Positions 20,597 through 29,751 of a stretch of 64,000 bases of DNA are shown piece after piece. The stretch's first letter is position 1, and the number at the start of each line of letters is the position of its first letter. Position numbers and translations under genes: made by a program. A model generated the notes under the pieces. The model was not told the DNA's origin. It was given only the letters and a program-made list of their open reading frames with translations, and ran no database searches. The DNA is from Vicinamibacteria bacterium. Its GTDB lineage: Bacteria; Acidobacteriota; Vicinamibacteria; Marinacidobacterales; Marinacidobacteraceae. The stretch lies in contig CAXXLQ010000004.1 of the NCBI GenBank assembly GCA_963668695.2, positions 2,688,001 through 2,752,000 on the forward strand, written 5' to 3'.

Positions 20597-20644
20597 CAAG
20601 GGAGTTGCCAAGGGAGTTGCCAAGGGAGTTGCCAAGGGAGTTGC
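20597..20644. repeat. 12-bp tandem repeat (CAAGGGAGTTGC)x4
   Basis: Four perfect copies in intergenic DNA. Confidence 0.9.
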
Positions 20645-20696
20645 GATGTCCGGCGCGCAGCGCCGGGCGGACCGGTCGGGGGGTGCCGGAACCAGT

Positions 20697-21722
20697 TCAA
20701 CGTGAGGGAGTGCCGCGGTTCCCTGACTGCGCCCCCCGACCGGTCTGCTCGACCTCGGGAGCCGCGTAGTAGCCCTTGCGAGTCCTTGCGATGAGGTCAT
20801 CGCGGCCCTTGATCTTGACATCGATGCTCCGCCAGCCGCCTTCCTTGCGGTCCTTGGAAGGGAGGTAGGCGATCTGGTACTGCCGGTGCAATTCGTACTG
20901 GATCTGCCGGAAATGGCGCGAGAGGTCTTCGATCTCGTCGGGGTAATAGGAACGTCCTCCGCTTTGTTCCGCCACCGCGTCCAGAAAATCGCGGTTGAGC
21001 CGCCCGCCGCCCTCGGGACTCCATCCCGTGTAACCCACCGTGTAGATCGCGCCTTCGGAGAGTCGTGCGCCCTCGAGTGCGTGCTCCCGGGTGCTGACGC
21101 TTCCCTTGGCGTCGGGCCCGGAATCCTCGCCGTCCGAAACCAGGATCAGCGCCTTCCGCTCTTCCACCCGGGAGAGTTCCTGGAGGCTCGTCAGGATCGC
21201 GTCATAGAGCGCCGTTCTTCCGAAGGGCCGCATGGCGCGGATCGTGGGGATCTGGTCCCAGATGTCCGATGCGTAGGGAGGCCCGAATCGGACGCCTTCA
21301 CTGAAGGTGGCGACCCGTCCCTGATCGGCGGTCGCCATGTTGCGGAGGAAGAGATAGGCCGCGGTCTGGATAGCCGACAGACTCGAGCGCACGGAGGCGG
21401 ATGAGTCGAGCAGCAGCAGGCTGGTCACGGGAGTCAGGTCGGCCGTGAAGTAACGGATCTCCTGGGGAACGCCGTCCTCGAGGACCTCGAAATCGTCGGC
21501 CGCGAGACCAGTGACGAAACGGCCCCGGTCATCGGCGACCACCACGTCGAGGGTGACGCTCGGAACGCGGACCATAAAACTGAAGCGCTCTCCGAGCATC
21601 GTTTCACGCTCGATCGTGGCCGGCCTGTCCGGCACCGGTGGCTGGGTCGGAGGCTGTCCCGGCGCGAACGACCCGAACGCCAGCAGGGTCACAATGGCGG
21701 TTGGAAACAGGACGGTTCGCAT
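20697..21722 (-). CDS. VWA domain protein (acidobacterial VWFA-related type)
   Basis: FVTGL..DDFEVLEDG, DSSAS MIDAS, TALYDAI, SDGED, RTRKGYYA. Confidence 0.88.
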   Translation of the reverse strand: MRTVLFPTAIVTLLAFGSFAPGQPPTQPPVPDRPATIERETMLGERFSFMVRVPSVTLDVVVADDRGRFVTGLAADDFEVLEDGVPQEIRYFTADLTPVTSLLLLDSSASVRSSLSAIQTAAYLFLRNMATADQGRVATFSEGVRFGPPYASDIWDQIPTIRAMRPFGRTALYDAILTSLQELSRVEERKALILVSDGEDSGPDAKGSVSTREHALEGARLSEGAIYTVGYTGWSPEGGGRLNRDFLDAVAEQSGGRSYYPDEIEDLSRHFRQIQYELHRQYQIAYLPSKDRKEGGWRSIDVKIKGRDDLIARTRKGYYAAPEVEQTGRGAQSGNRGTPSR

Positions 21723-21859
21723 GACGTTGGGAACGGTCGTAGTCTAGGTTGCTCAGGAGCCTCGCGCCGGATGCGGCCCCCGTACTCTTGCGGTCTCCCG
21801 GCGTTCCCGGTTACTCTCGCGGCTCGGATGATTCGATCCCGGCGAGGAGGAGCCTCCCC

Positions 21860-22330
21860 ATGAGCTATTGCGTTCGCATCAGCGTCAACGGAAAAGCCGA
21901 AGAACACAGCGTCGAAGCCCGGTTGCTGCTGTGCCATCTGCTCCGTGATCGTCTGGGTCTCACCGGGACGAACATCGGCTGTGACACCTCGCAGTGCGGT
22001 TCCTGCACGGTCCTGATGGACGGCAAGGCTGTCAAGTCGTGCACGGTGCTCGCGGTCCAGGCCGACGGGTTCGAGGTCACGACCATCGAGGGCCTGGCCG
22101 GCGATGACGGGCTCCACCCCGTTCAGCAGGCATTTTGGGACAACCACGGCCTGCAGTGCGGGTTCTGCACACCGGGGATGATCCTGACCGCGGTCGAGAT
22201 CCTGAACCGGAATCCCGAGGCCACGGGCGCCGAAGTGCGCCACGGTCTCGAAGGCAACATCTGCCGCTGTACCGGCTACGAGAACATCGTCAAGTCGGTG
22301 GTGGCGGCCGGCGCGCGTGGATCGAGCTAG
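21860..22330 (+). CDS. coxS: [2Fe-2S] small subunit, CoxS-like
   Basis: [24 protein letters not shown]; RBS GAGGAGG. Confidence 0.92.
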   Translation: MSYCVRISVNGKAEEHSVEARLLLCHLLRDRLGLTGTNIGCDTSQCGSCTVLMDGKAVKSCTVLAVQADGFEVTTIEGLAGDDGLHPVQQAFWDNHGLQCGFCTPGMILTAVEILNRNPEATGAEVRHGLEGNICRCTGYENIVKSVVAAGARGSS

Positions 22331-22372
22331 GCGGAGCCGGCACCCTTTCACCAGAGGATCGGGAGGAGAACG

Positions 22373-24733
22373 ATGGGCCGTTACGTAGGAGCTTCCATAA
22401 AGCGGCGGGAAGATCCCCGCTTCATTCAGGGGCAGGGGCGCTACGTCGCCAACCTCCAGCTTCGGGACATGGTGCACGTTGCCATCAAGCGCAGCCCCTA
22501 CGCCCACGCCCGGATCACCGGGATGGACACTTCGGCGGCGAGCGCCATGGAGGGAGTGTTGGCCGTATTCACCGGCCAGGATTTCAAGGACGGGGGCTGC
22601 GGCTTCCTGCCGTGCGGTTGGCTGGTGCCGGATACCAAGGTTCCCGACCGGCCGATCGTGGTGATCGACCGCGTCTGCCACGTCGGCGATTCGGTTGCGG
22701 TGGTGGTCGCCGAGGATCCCTATATCGCCGCCGATGCGGTCGAGGCGATCGAGGTGGACTACGACCCGCTCCCGACCGTGGTGGACGCCCGCGGCGCGAC
22801 GGACGAGGGGGCGCCTCTCGTCCATGACGAGATCGAAGGCAACGTTTCCTACCACTGGGAACTCGGGGACCAGGAGGCGCGCGACAAGGCATTTGCCGAG
22901 GCCGACGAGATCGTGGACCTCGAGCTCGTGAACCAGCGGCTGATCCCTACCGCCATGGAGCCCCGCGCGGCGGCGGCGCAGTGGGACGCGGCATCCGAAG
23001 AGATGACGCTCTGGACCACCAGCCAGAACCCGCACCCGATCCGGCTGTTGCTTTCCGCCTTCACGCTGAAAATCCCGGAGAGCAGGCTGCGCGTCATCTC
23101 CCCCGATGTCGGTGGCGGGTTCGGCAGCAAGATCTTCCACTACCCCGAAGAGGTCATCGTGCCGTGGGTGGCGCGCGAGGTCGGTCGCCCGGTGCGGTGG
23201 GTCGCAACCCGGACCGAGAGCCAGATGACCGACTCCCAGGGACGCGACCACGTCACGGTCGCCCGGCTCGCCGTGAAGAGCGACGGCACGTTTACCGGGC
23301 TCGACGTGGAGACCTGGGCGAACCAGGGCGCCTATCTGTCCACGTTCGCTCCGCTCATTCCGACCGCGCTCTACATCACCCTGCTGTCCGGGAACTACAA
23401 GATGCCCGGCGTGTTCGGCAAGGTGCACGGCACGCTGACCCACACCGTGCCGGTGGACGCCTACCGTGGCGCGGGGCGGCCGGAAGCCGCCTACCTCGTC
23501 GAGCGCCTGGTGGATCTGGCGGCCGCTCGCTTGGGCCGGGATCCGCTGGAACTCCGGCGGCAGAACGCGATTCCCAAGGAGGACTTCCCCTACCAGACCC
23601 CCGTCGCCTTCCAGTACGACAGCGGCGATTACGACCGGCTGATGCAGACGGCCGCCGATCGGGCGGACTACGCCGGCATGCGGCAGGCGCAGGCTGAAGC
23701 GCGCGCCGAAGGCAAGCTGCGCGGGGTTGGCGTGGTGTGCTGCATCGAAGCCAGCGGTCCGGCGCCCTCGGCGGTGGCCGGGGCGCTCGGTGCGGCAGTG
23801 GGATTTTGGGAGAGCGGTGAGATACGCGTCCATCCCACCGGGCAGATCAGCGTCTTCACCGGCTCCCACTCCCATGGCCAGGGGCATGAGACCACCTTCG
23901 CGCAGGTGGCTGCGGACGAGCTGGGGGTGCCCATGGAGAGCGTGGAGGTTGTCCACGGAGACACCGGCCGCGTGAACTTCGGCATGGGAACCTACGGGAG
24001 CCGGAGCGCCTGCGTGGGCGGCTCGGCACTCGTCCGGAGCGCCGAGAAAGTGCGGGCCAAGGTCCTCAAGCTCGGCGCCCATCTGCTCGAGGCGGCGGAA
24101 GAAGACGTGGTGTACGACCGAGAAGCCGGCCGGGTCCACGTGAAGGGCTCACCCGACCGCGGAAAGGAGTTCGGCGAACTTGCCTTTGCCGCTTACACCG
24201 CCCACAACCTGCCCGAGGGCATGGAGCCGGGCCTCAACTTCGTGAGCTTCTACGACCCCGCGAACTTCACCTTCCCGGCGAGTTCGCACATCTGCGAGGT
24301 CGAGGTCTGCCCCGAGAGCTGGGAGGTCTCGATCCTCCGCTACGTGGCGGTGGACGACGTGGGCAAGGTGATCAACCCGATGATCGTGGAGGGCCAGATC
24401 CACGGCGGCGTCGTCCAGGGTGTTGGCCAGGCGCTCACCGAGATTGGCGTTTACTCCGACGACGGCCAGCTTCTTTCCGGCACGCTGCTCGAGTACGCCG
24501 TGCCCCGGGCCGACCTGCTGCCGGGAATCGAGGTAGACCGCATCGAGACCCCGTCCCCGCACAACCCGCTCGGGGTCAAGGGCGCCGGAGAGATGGGGAC
24601 CATCGCGGCCACGCCGGTGGTCGCGAACGCGGTGATGGATGCGCTCGCTCCCCTGGGAGTCACCCACATGGAGTTGCCGCTCACCCCGGAGAAAATCTGG
24701 CGGGCCGTCCAGGCGGCCCAAGGCGCCGCCTGA
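22373..24733 (+). CDS. coxL: Mo-hydroxylase large subunit, form II CoxL-like
   Basis: GGGFGSK, AYRGAGR (form II, not AYxCSFR), HGQGHETT. Confidence 0.92.
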   Translation: MGRYVGASIKRREDPRFIQGQGRYVANLQLRDMVHVAIKRSPYAHARITGMDTSAASAMEGVLAVFTGQDFKDGGCGFLPCGWLVPDTKVPDRPIVVIDRVCHVGDSVAVVVAEDPYIAADAVEAIEVDYDPLPTVVDARGATDEGAPLVHDEIEGNVSYHWELGDQEARDKAFAEADEIVDLELVNQRLIPTAMEPRAAAAQWDAASEEMTLWTTSQNPHPIRLLLSAFTLKIPESRLRVISPDVGGGFGSKIFHYPEEVIVPWVAREVGRPVRWVATRTESQMTDSQGRDHVTVARLAVKSDGTFTGLDVETWANQGAYLSTFAPLIPTALYITLLSGNYKMPGVFGKVHGTLTHTVPVDAYRGAGRPEAAYLVERLVDLAAARLGRDPLELRRQNAIPKEDFPYQTPVAFQYDSGDYDRLMQTAADRADYAGMRQAQAEARAEGKLRGVGVVCCIEASGPAPSAVAGALGAAVGFWESGEIRVHPTGQISVFTGSHSHGQGHETTFAQVAADELGVPMESVEVVHGDTGRVNFGMGTYGSRSACVGGSALVRSAEKVRAKVLKLGAHLLEAAEEDVVYDREAGRVHVKGSPDRGKEFGELAFAAYTAHNLPEGMEPGLNFVSFYDPANFTFPASSHICEVEVCPESWEVSILRYVAVDDVGKVINPMIVEGQIHGGVVQGVGQALTEIGVYSDDGQLLSGTLLEYAVPRADLLPGIEVDRIETPSPHNPLGVKGAGEMGTIAATPVVANAVMDALAPLGVTHMELPLTPEKIWRAVQAAQGAA

Positions 24734-24781
24734 GCGATGCCGCTTGCGCGACGCCGCCTGAGAAGCGAATAGGAGATTTCG

Positions 24782-25639
24782 ATGTTTCCGCAGCAGTTCG
24801 ATTACCACCGCGCCGCTTCGGTCGCCGAGGCGGTGGACCTTCTCGCCTCGCTTCCGGATGCCAAGCTGGTCGCGGGTGGGCACAGTCTCATCCCGGCGAT
24901 GAAACTGCGCGCCGCGCAGCCGGCTGCGGTCGTGGACATCGGGCGGATTCCCGGTTTGTCCGGAATCACCGCCGACGGTGACAGCCTCGTTATCGGCGCG
25001 CTCGCCACGCATGCCGCGGTGGCCGACTCGGCGGCCGTGCAGGACGCTTGTCCCATGCTGGCGGAGACCGCGGCGGCGATCGGGGACATCCAGGTCCGGA
25101 ACCGGGGCACGCTGGGAGGCAGTCTGGCTCATGCGGATCCGGGCGCCGACTATCCGGCGGCGATGCTCGCGCTCGGCGCGGAGGTCACCGCGGTCGGAAA
25201 GGAAGGGGAACGCACCATCTCCGCGTCCGACTTCTTCGTGGACATCCTCACCACGGCCCTTTCGGAAACCGAGGTCATCACCTCGGTTCGGGTTCCCAGT
25301 GCCGCGGGCGGGGCGTATCTGAAGCACCGCCATCCGGCCTCGAGCTACGCCGTGGTCGGGGTGGCTGCCCGAGTCGCCCTCGGCGGCGGCCAGGTCACGA
25401 GTTGCGCGATCGGCATCAATGGGGTCGCCGGCAAGGCGGCCCTCGCGGACGCGGCCGCGGAGGCGCTCTGCGGCGGTCCGGCGAGTGCCGACCGGATTGC
25501 GGCGGCGGCAGCCTTGGTCGCCGGCGCCTTCGACGAGCCGCTCGGCGATCTCTATGCCTCCGGAGAGTTCCGGATCCACCTGGCCGGGGTGTACACCAAG
25601 CGGGCCCTGACGATCGCCGCCGAGCGCGCGGCCGGCTAG
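24782..25639 (+). CDS. coxM: FAD-binding medium subunit, CoxM-like
   Basis: AGGHSLIP, QVRNRGTLGGSLAHADP. Confidence 0.92.
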   Translation: MFPQQFDYHRAASVAEAVDLLASLPDAKLVAGGHSLIPAMKLRAAQPAAVVDIGRIPGLSGITADGDSLVIGALATHAAVADSAAVQDACPMLAETAAAIGDIQVRNRGTLGGSLAHADPGADYPAAMLALGAEVTAVGKEGERTISASDFFVDILTTALSETEVITSVRVPSAAGGAYLKHRHPASSYAVVGVAARVALGGGQVTSCAIGINGVAGKAALADAAAEALCGGPASADRIAAAAALVAGAFDEPLGDLYASGEFRIHLAGVYTKRALTIAAERAAG

Positions 25640-25818
25640 CAGCCTGTGGACAGAGTCACGCGGCGTTCGACCGGCGATGCATCCCCGCTGAACCGCGTCG
25701 CTGCGCGCCGCTCATCGTTGCGTTTCGGTCGAAATACACCCGGTATTCCTTCCTCACGCGCCTTGTCAGCCGGGCGCCTCGCCGGTCTCGGCGCTCACGT
25801 CACTCTGCCCAAAGGCGG
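25640..25818 (-). mobile_element. 179-bp MITE copy 6 (variant ends) at coxM stop codon
   Basis: Flanks CTAG (includes the coxM TAG) / CTAA; eroded TIR. Confidence 0.85.
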
Positions 25819-25826
25819 CTAACCGC

Positions 25827-26738
25827 TTGTCCGCGACCGGGACGGCGACTTTTTCCTCGGTCCCCGAACTCGCGGGGGCGCTCGCGGGGGACGGGTACGT
25901 CGCCGACGCCGGGCTGGCGACGGCGCTGTTTTTGGCCCTCCGGCTCGAGCGTCCGCTCTTTCTGGAGGGCGAGGCCGGGGTGGGGAAGACCGAACTCGCC
26001 AAGGTAACCGCCGCCGTGCTTGACGCTCCGTTGATCCGGTTGCAGTGCTACGAAGGGCTGGACATTGCCCAGGCGGCGTACGAGTGGAACTACACCCGGC
26101 AGATGCTGGCGATCCGGCTGGCGGAGAGCGGCGGGGTGGCCATGGAGCAACACGACCTCTTCGGGCCGGAGTTCCTGCTTCGGCGGCCTCTGCTGCACGC
26201 CATCGAAACGTCGTCGCCCGACCGCCGGCCGGTGCTGCTCATCGACGAAGTGGATCGCAGCGACGAAGAGTTCGAGGCGTACCTGCTCGAGGTGCTTTCC
26301 GACTTCCAGATCACGATCCCCGAGATCGGAACCATTCGGGCGGACGCTCCGCCAGTGGTGGTCCTCACTTCGAACCGGACCCGGGAGGTGCACGACGCGC
26401 TCAAGCGGCGCTGCCTCTACCACTGGATCCCGTATCCCAGCTACGAGCGCGAGCTCGAGATCGTGCGCGGGCGGGTGCCACAGGCGGCGGCCCAACTGGC
26501 CTCCGAAGCCACCCGGTTCGCGCAGGAACTTCGCGAGTTGGATCTCTTCAAGCGTCCGGGGGTCTCGGAAACGCTTGATTGGACCATGGCGCTCGCATCC
26601 CTGGGGCAGACCGCTCTTGATGAGGCTGCGGTGGATCGGACGCTCGGGGCGCTGCTCAAGTATCGCGACGATCTGGAAATGGTGCGCGGGGAGCGGGCGG
26701 GGGCCATCCTCACCCGGATGGCCGCCGGCGCCCCTTGA
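25827..26738 (+). CDS. coxD: MoxR-type AAA+ ATPase, CoxD-like
   Basis: GEAGVGKT, LQCYEGLD, LLIDEVDR, DALKRRC. Confidence 0.9.
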   Translation: MSATGTATFSSVPELAGALAGDGYVADAGLATALFLALRLERPLFLEGEAGVGKTELAKVTAAVLDAPLIRLQCYEGLDIAQAAYEWNYTRQMLAIRLAESGGVAMEQHDLFGPEFLLRRPLLHAIETSSPDRRPVLLIDEVDRSDEEFEAYLLEVLSDFQITIPEIGTIRADAPPVVVLTSNRTREVHDALKRRCLYHWIPYPSYERELEIVRGRVPQAAAQLASEATRFAQELRELDLFKRPGVSETLDWTMALASLGQTALDEAAVDRTLGALLKYRDDLEMVRGERAGAILTRMAAGAP

Positions 26739-27994
26739 GCGCCGCGGCCGCGGGTCGGGAGCAGGTCTCTGCGCCGCAGCTTCCGCCGCTCCTTCAGAAC
26801 CTCACCCTCTTCGGGCGCCTCCTGCGGGGGATCGGACTCCCGGTCTCGACGGCCCGGATGCTCGACCTGGCGCAGGCGCTCCCGCTCATCGAGGTGTTCC
26901 GGCGGGAGGAATTCCACGCGGCCGCCCGCGCCCTCCTGATCCATCGGCGGGAGGATCTGGAACTCTTCGATGCGGCGTTTTCACTCTTCTGGGAGACGCC
27001 GCCCGAGCGGTGGACGCGGGCGCGGCTTCCGGGAATGACGCTCCGGCGACAGCGCTCGCCTCTCACCCAGGCGACCTTCCGGCCGGCCGCCAGCGGGGGT
27101 TCCGGCGATTCCGACGAGCAGCCGCCGCGGCCGCTTGCCCGGCGTACCTGGAGCGACCGGGAGGCTCTCGAGCACCGGGACTTCTCGGACCTCGACGATG
27201 ACGAACTGCGCGAGGTGCGCGCCCTCATCCGGGATGCCGGCTGGCAGGCGGCCCGGCGCCGGGTGGTGCGTTTTCGGCCGGGAGGGAACCGCAATCTGGA
27301 TCTCCGCCGGACGCTCCGCAGGGGACTCAGGTCGGGCGGGGAGTGGGTGCGGCTCGAACGCCGCCGGCGCCGGGAGAAACCGCGGCCCCTCATCGTGCTG
27401 GCCGACGTGAGCGGTTCGATGGAACAAACGGCCCGGGTTCTCCTCCACTTCCTCTATGGACTCTCCCATGGCTCGCCCGGCCGGGTGGAGGCATTCGTCT
27501 TCGCCACCCGACTCACCCGGATCACCAGGAAACTGGCTGACCGGCGAGTGGACCGCGCGCTCCGCGAGGCCTCGGAAGCGGTGCGCGACTGGTCCGGGGG
27601 AACCCGCATCGGGGAAGCACTCCTAAGGTTCAATCTGGAATGGGCGCGGCGCCTCCCGACTTCCTCCGCGGTAGTGCTGCTCGTGAGCGACGGGTGGGAC
27701 CGCGGCGATCCGGCGCTGGTCGCCAAGGAAATGGAGCGGCTCCAGAGACTCGCCTGGCGGATCGTCTGGCTCAATCCGCTGCTCTCGGATGAGGGCTATG
27801 AACCGCTCACCCGCGGGATGGCGGCGGCGCTTCCCCACATCCATGACTTCCTCCCGGTGAACAACCTCGCGAGCGTCCGCTCGTTGGCCGACCATCTGGG
27901 GAAGCTGGATCCCGTGGGACGCGCTACGGCCCCCCGTCTCGCCGCCTGGCGGCGGGCCCTCGCACCCGCGGCTCCGGCCCCCTCCGCACGATAA
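26735..27994 (+). CDS. coxE: CoxE-like VWA protein
   Basis: DVSGSM, WSGGTRIG, SDGWDRG, WLNPL. Confidence 0.9.
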   Translation: MSAAAAGREQVSAPQLPPLLQNLTLFGRLLRGIGLPVSTARMLDLAQALPLIEVFRREEFHAAARALLIHRREDLELFDAAFSLFWETPPERWTRARLPGMTLRRQRSPLTQATFRPAASGGSGDSDEQPPRPLARRTWSDREALEHRDFSDLDDDELREVRALIRDAGWQAARRRVVRFRPGGNRNLDLRRTLRRGLRSGGEWVRLERRRRREKPRPLIVLADVSGSMEQTARVLLHFLYGLSHGSPGRVEAFVFATRLTRITRKLADRRVDRALREASEAVRDWSGGTRIGEALLRFNLEWARRLPTSSAVVLLVSDGWDRGDPALVAKEMERLQRLAWRIVWLNPLLSDEGYEPLTRGMAAALPHIHDFLPVNNLASVRSLADHLGKLDPVGRATAPRLAAWRRALAPAAPAPSAR

Positions 27995-28009
27995 TCCGGT
28001 AGCCCCACC

Positions 28010-29023
28010 ATGCGCGACATCGCTCCGGTGCTCGACTCCTGGCTTTGTCGAGAAGGGCCGCTCGCGCTGTCCACCGTGGTCCATACCTGGGGTTCGGGAC
28101 CTCGCCGGCCGGGCGCCCGGATGACCGTCGATTCGAGCGGCGGGATCGCCGGCTCGGTGAGCGGGGGCTGCGTGGAGTCGAGCGTGGTGCAAGCCGCGCG
28201 CGAGGTGATCGAAACCGGCACGCCCAGGCTCCTCCGGTTCGCAGTTTCGGACGAACTGGCGTGGGGCGTCGGGCTTGCCTGCGGGGGTGCACTCTCGGTG
28301 TTCGTGGAACGCGCGGACCGGGAGCTGCTCACCCAGGTGCGGGAGGGGATGCGGCGCCGGCTTCCGGTGGCGCTGGCGGTGGTCACCTCGGGACCGAATC
28401 TCGGGGAGAGCCTGGTCCTGGCTCCGGGTTCGTCGGGCTCCGGGTCTCCGGAACTCGCCGAGGTTGCCGAGACGGCACTCGCGTCGGGACGGCCGCTCTC
28501 GACCGAAACCGCCCGCGGCCCGGTGTTTTGCGACGTGATCCTCCCCTCCGAATCACTGGTGATCGTCGGCGGCGTCCACATCGCGCAGGCGCTCTGCGGT
28601 CTCGCGCAGCGCGTCGGCTACCGCCCGGTGATCTGCGATCCGCGCCCGGTGTTCGCCTCCGCCGAGCGCTTCCCGGGCGTCGAGATCGTGAACGACTGGC
28701 CCGAAGAGGGTTTCCGCCGGATCGGGCTGGACGCCAGCACCGCCGTCGCCACGCTGACGCACGACCCGAAACTGGATGACCCGGCGCTTGCCCTGGCCCT
28801 CGAGAGCCCCGCCTTCTATGTGGGGGCGCTCGGAAGCCGGAAGACTCACGAACGCCGGCTGGGCCGCCTTCGGGAGCGCGGCGTTTCGGAAGCCGCCCTC
28901 GCGCGGATTGCGGCGCCTATCGGACTGCCGATCGGTGCGCGCTCTCCGGACCAGATCGCGCTCGCGGTGATGGCCGAGGTGGTGGCCGCCCGGAACGGGG
29001 TGCGCGGCATTCGGGCCGGATGA
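28010..29023 (+). CDS. XdhC/CoxI family protein
   Basis: GSVSGGCVE, GLACGG, THDPKLDD, YVGALGSR. Confidence 0.9.
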   Translation: MRDIAPVLDSWLCREGPLALSTVVHTWGSGPRRPGARMTVDSSGGIAGSVSGGCVESSVVQAAREVIETGTPRLLRFAVSDELAWGVGLACGGALSVFVERADRELLTQVREGMRRRLPVALAVVTSGPNLGESLVLAPGSSGSGSPELAEVAETALASGRPLSTETARGPVFCDVILPSESLVIVGGVHIAQALCGLAQRVGYRPVICDPRPVFASAERFPGVEIVNDWPEEGFRRIGLDASTAVATLTHDPKLDDPALALALESPAFYVGALGSRKTHERRLGRLRERGVSEAALARIAAPIGLPIGARSPDQIALAVMAEVVAARNGVRGIRAG

Positions 29024-29751
29024 GCCCGGTCCTGGAACTCGACCGGATCGTAAGGCGCTACCCCCAGGCGGACGGGTCGGAACTGACCGTCCTCGATTCC
29101 GTCAGTCTGAAGATCGAGTCCGGCGAAACCGTTTCTGTCGCCGGCCGTTCGGGCAGCGGGAAGAGCACCCTGCTCCACATTGCCGCCGGCATCGAAGCTC
29201 CGAGCGAAGGGACGGTGCGCCTGGGGGGACAGGACCTCGCCGGCCTTCGGGACCCGGAGCGCAGCCGGCTCCGGGGACGCTTTGTGGGCCTGGTCTTCCA
29301 GTTCTTCCATCTCGTGCCGTACCTGACCGTCCGGGAGAACGTCCTGCTGCCAGCGCGCATTGCTGGCGTCCGAAGCGTGCCGGACGATGAAGGGGTCCTT
29401 CGGGAAGTTGGCGCCGGCGCGGATCGCTTGTTGGGCGCGGTGGGACTCGAAAACCGCGCCCGCGAGCCGGCGCGACGGCTCTCCGGCGGGGAGATGCAGC
29501 GCACCGCGATCGCCCGGGCGCTTCTCCTCGGGCCGGCGCTCCTGTTGGCCGACGAGCCGACCGGAAACCTCGACGCCCGCGGGGCTCAGGCGGTGACGGA
29601 TCTGCTCTTCCGCATGGTTCGCCAGCGCGGCGCGGCGTTGCTGCTCGCGACCCATGATCCCGAGCTCGCGGCCCGGGCGGAGACCCGCCTCCGATTGCGC
29701 GGCGGTCGTCTTTCCTCGGGCGAGGCGGCGCATCCCGCCGGACCGGAGTGA
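29020..29751 (+). CDS. ABC ATP-binding protein (LolD/AttE-like)
   Basis: GRSGSGKST, LSGGE, LLADEPTGNLD. Confidence 0.92.
   Translation: MSPVLELDRIVRRYPQADGSELTVLDSVSLKIESGETVSVAGRSGSGKSTLLHIAAGIEAPSEGTVRLGGQDLAGLRDPERSRLRGRFVGLVFQFFHLVPYLTVRENVLLPARIAGVRSVPDDEGVLREVGAGADRLLGAVGLENRAREPARRLSGGEMQRTAIARALLLGPALLLADEPTGNLDARGAQAVTDLLFRMVRQRGAALLLATHDPELAARAETRLRLRGGRLSSGEAAHPAGPE

Noticed and set aside
22373-24733. Bona fide form I CO dehydrogenase
   Set aside because: The active-site loop is AYRGAGR, not AYxCSFR
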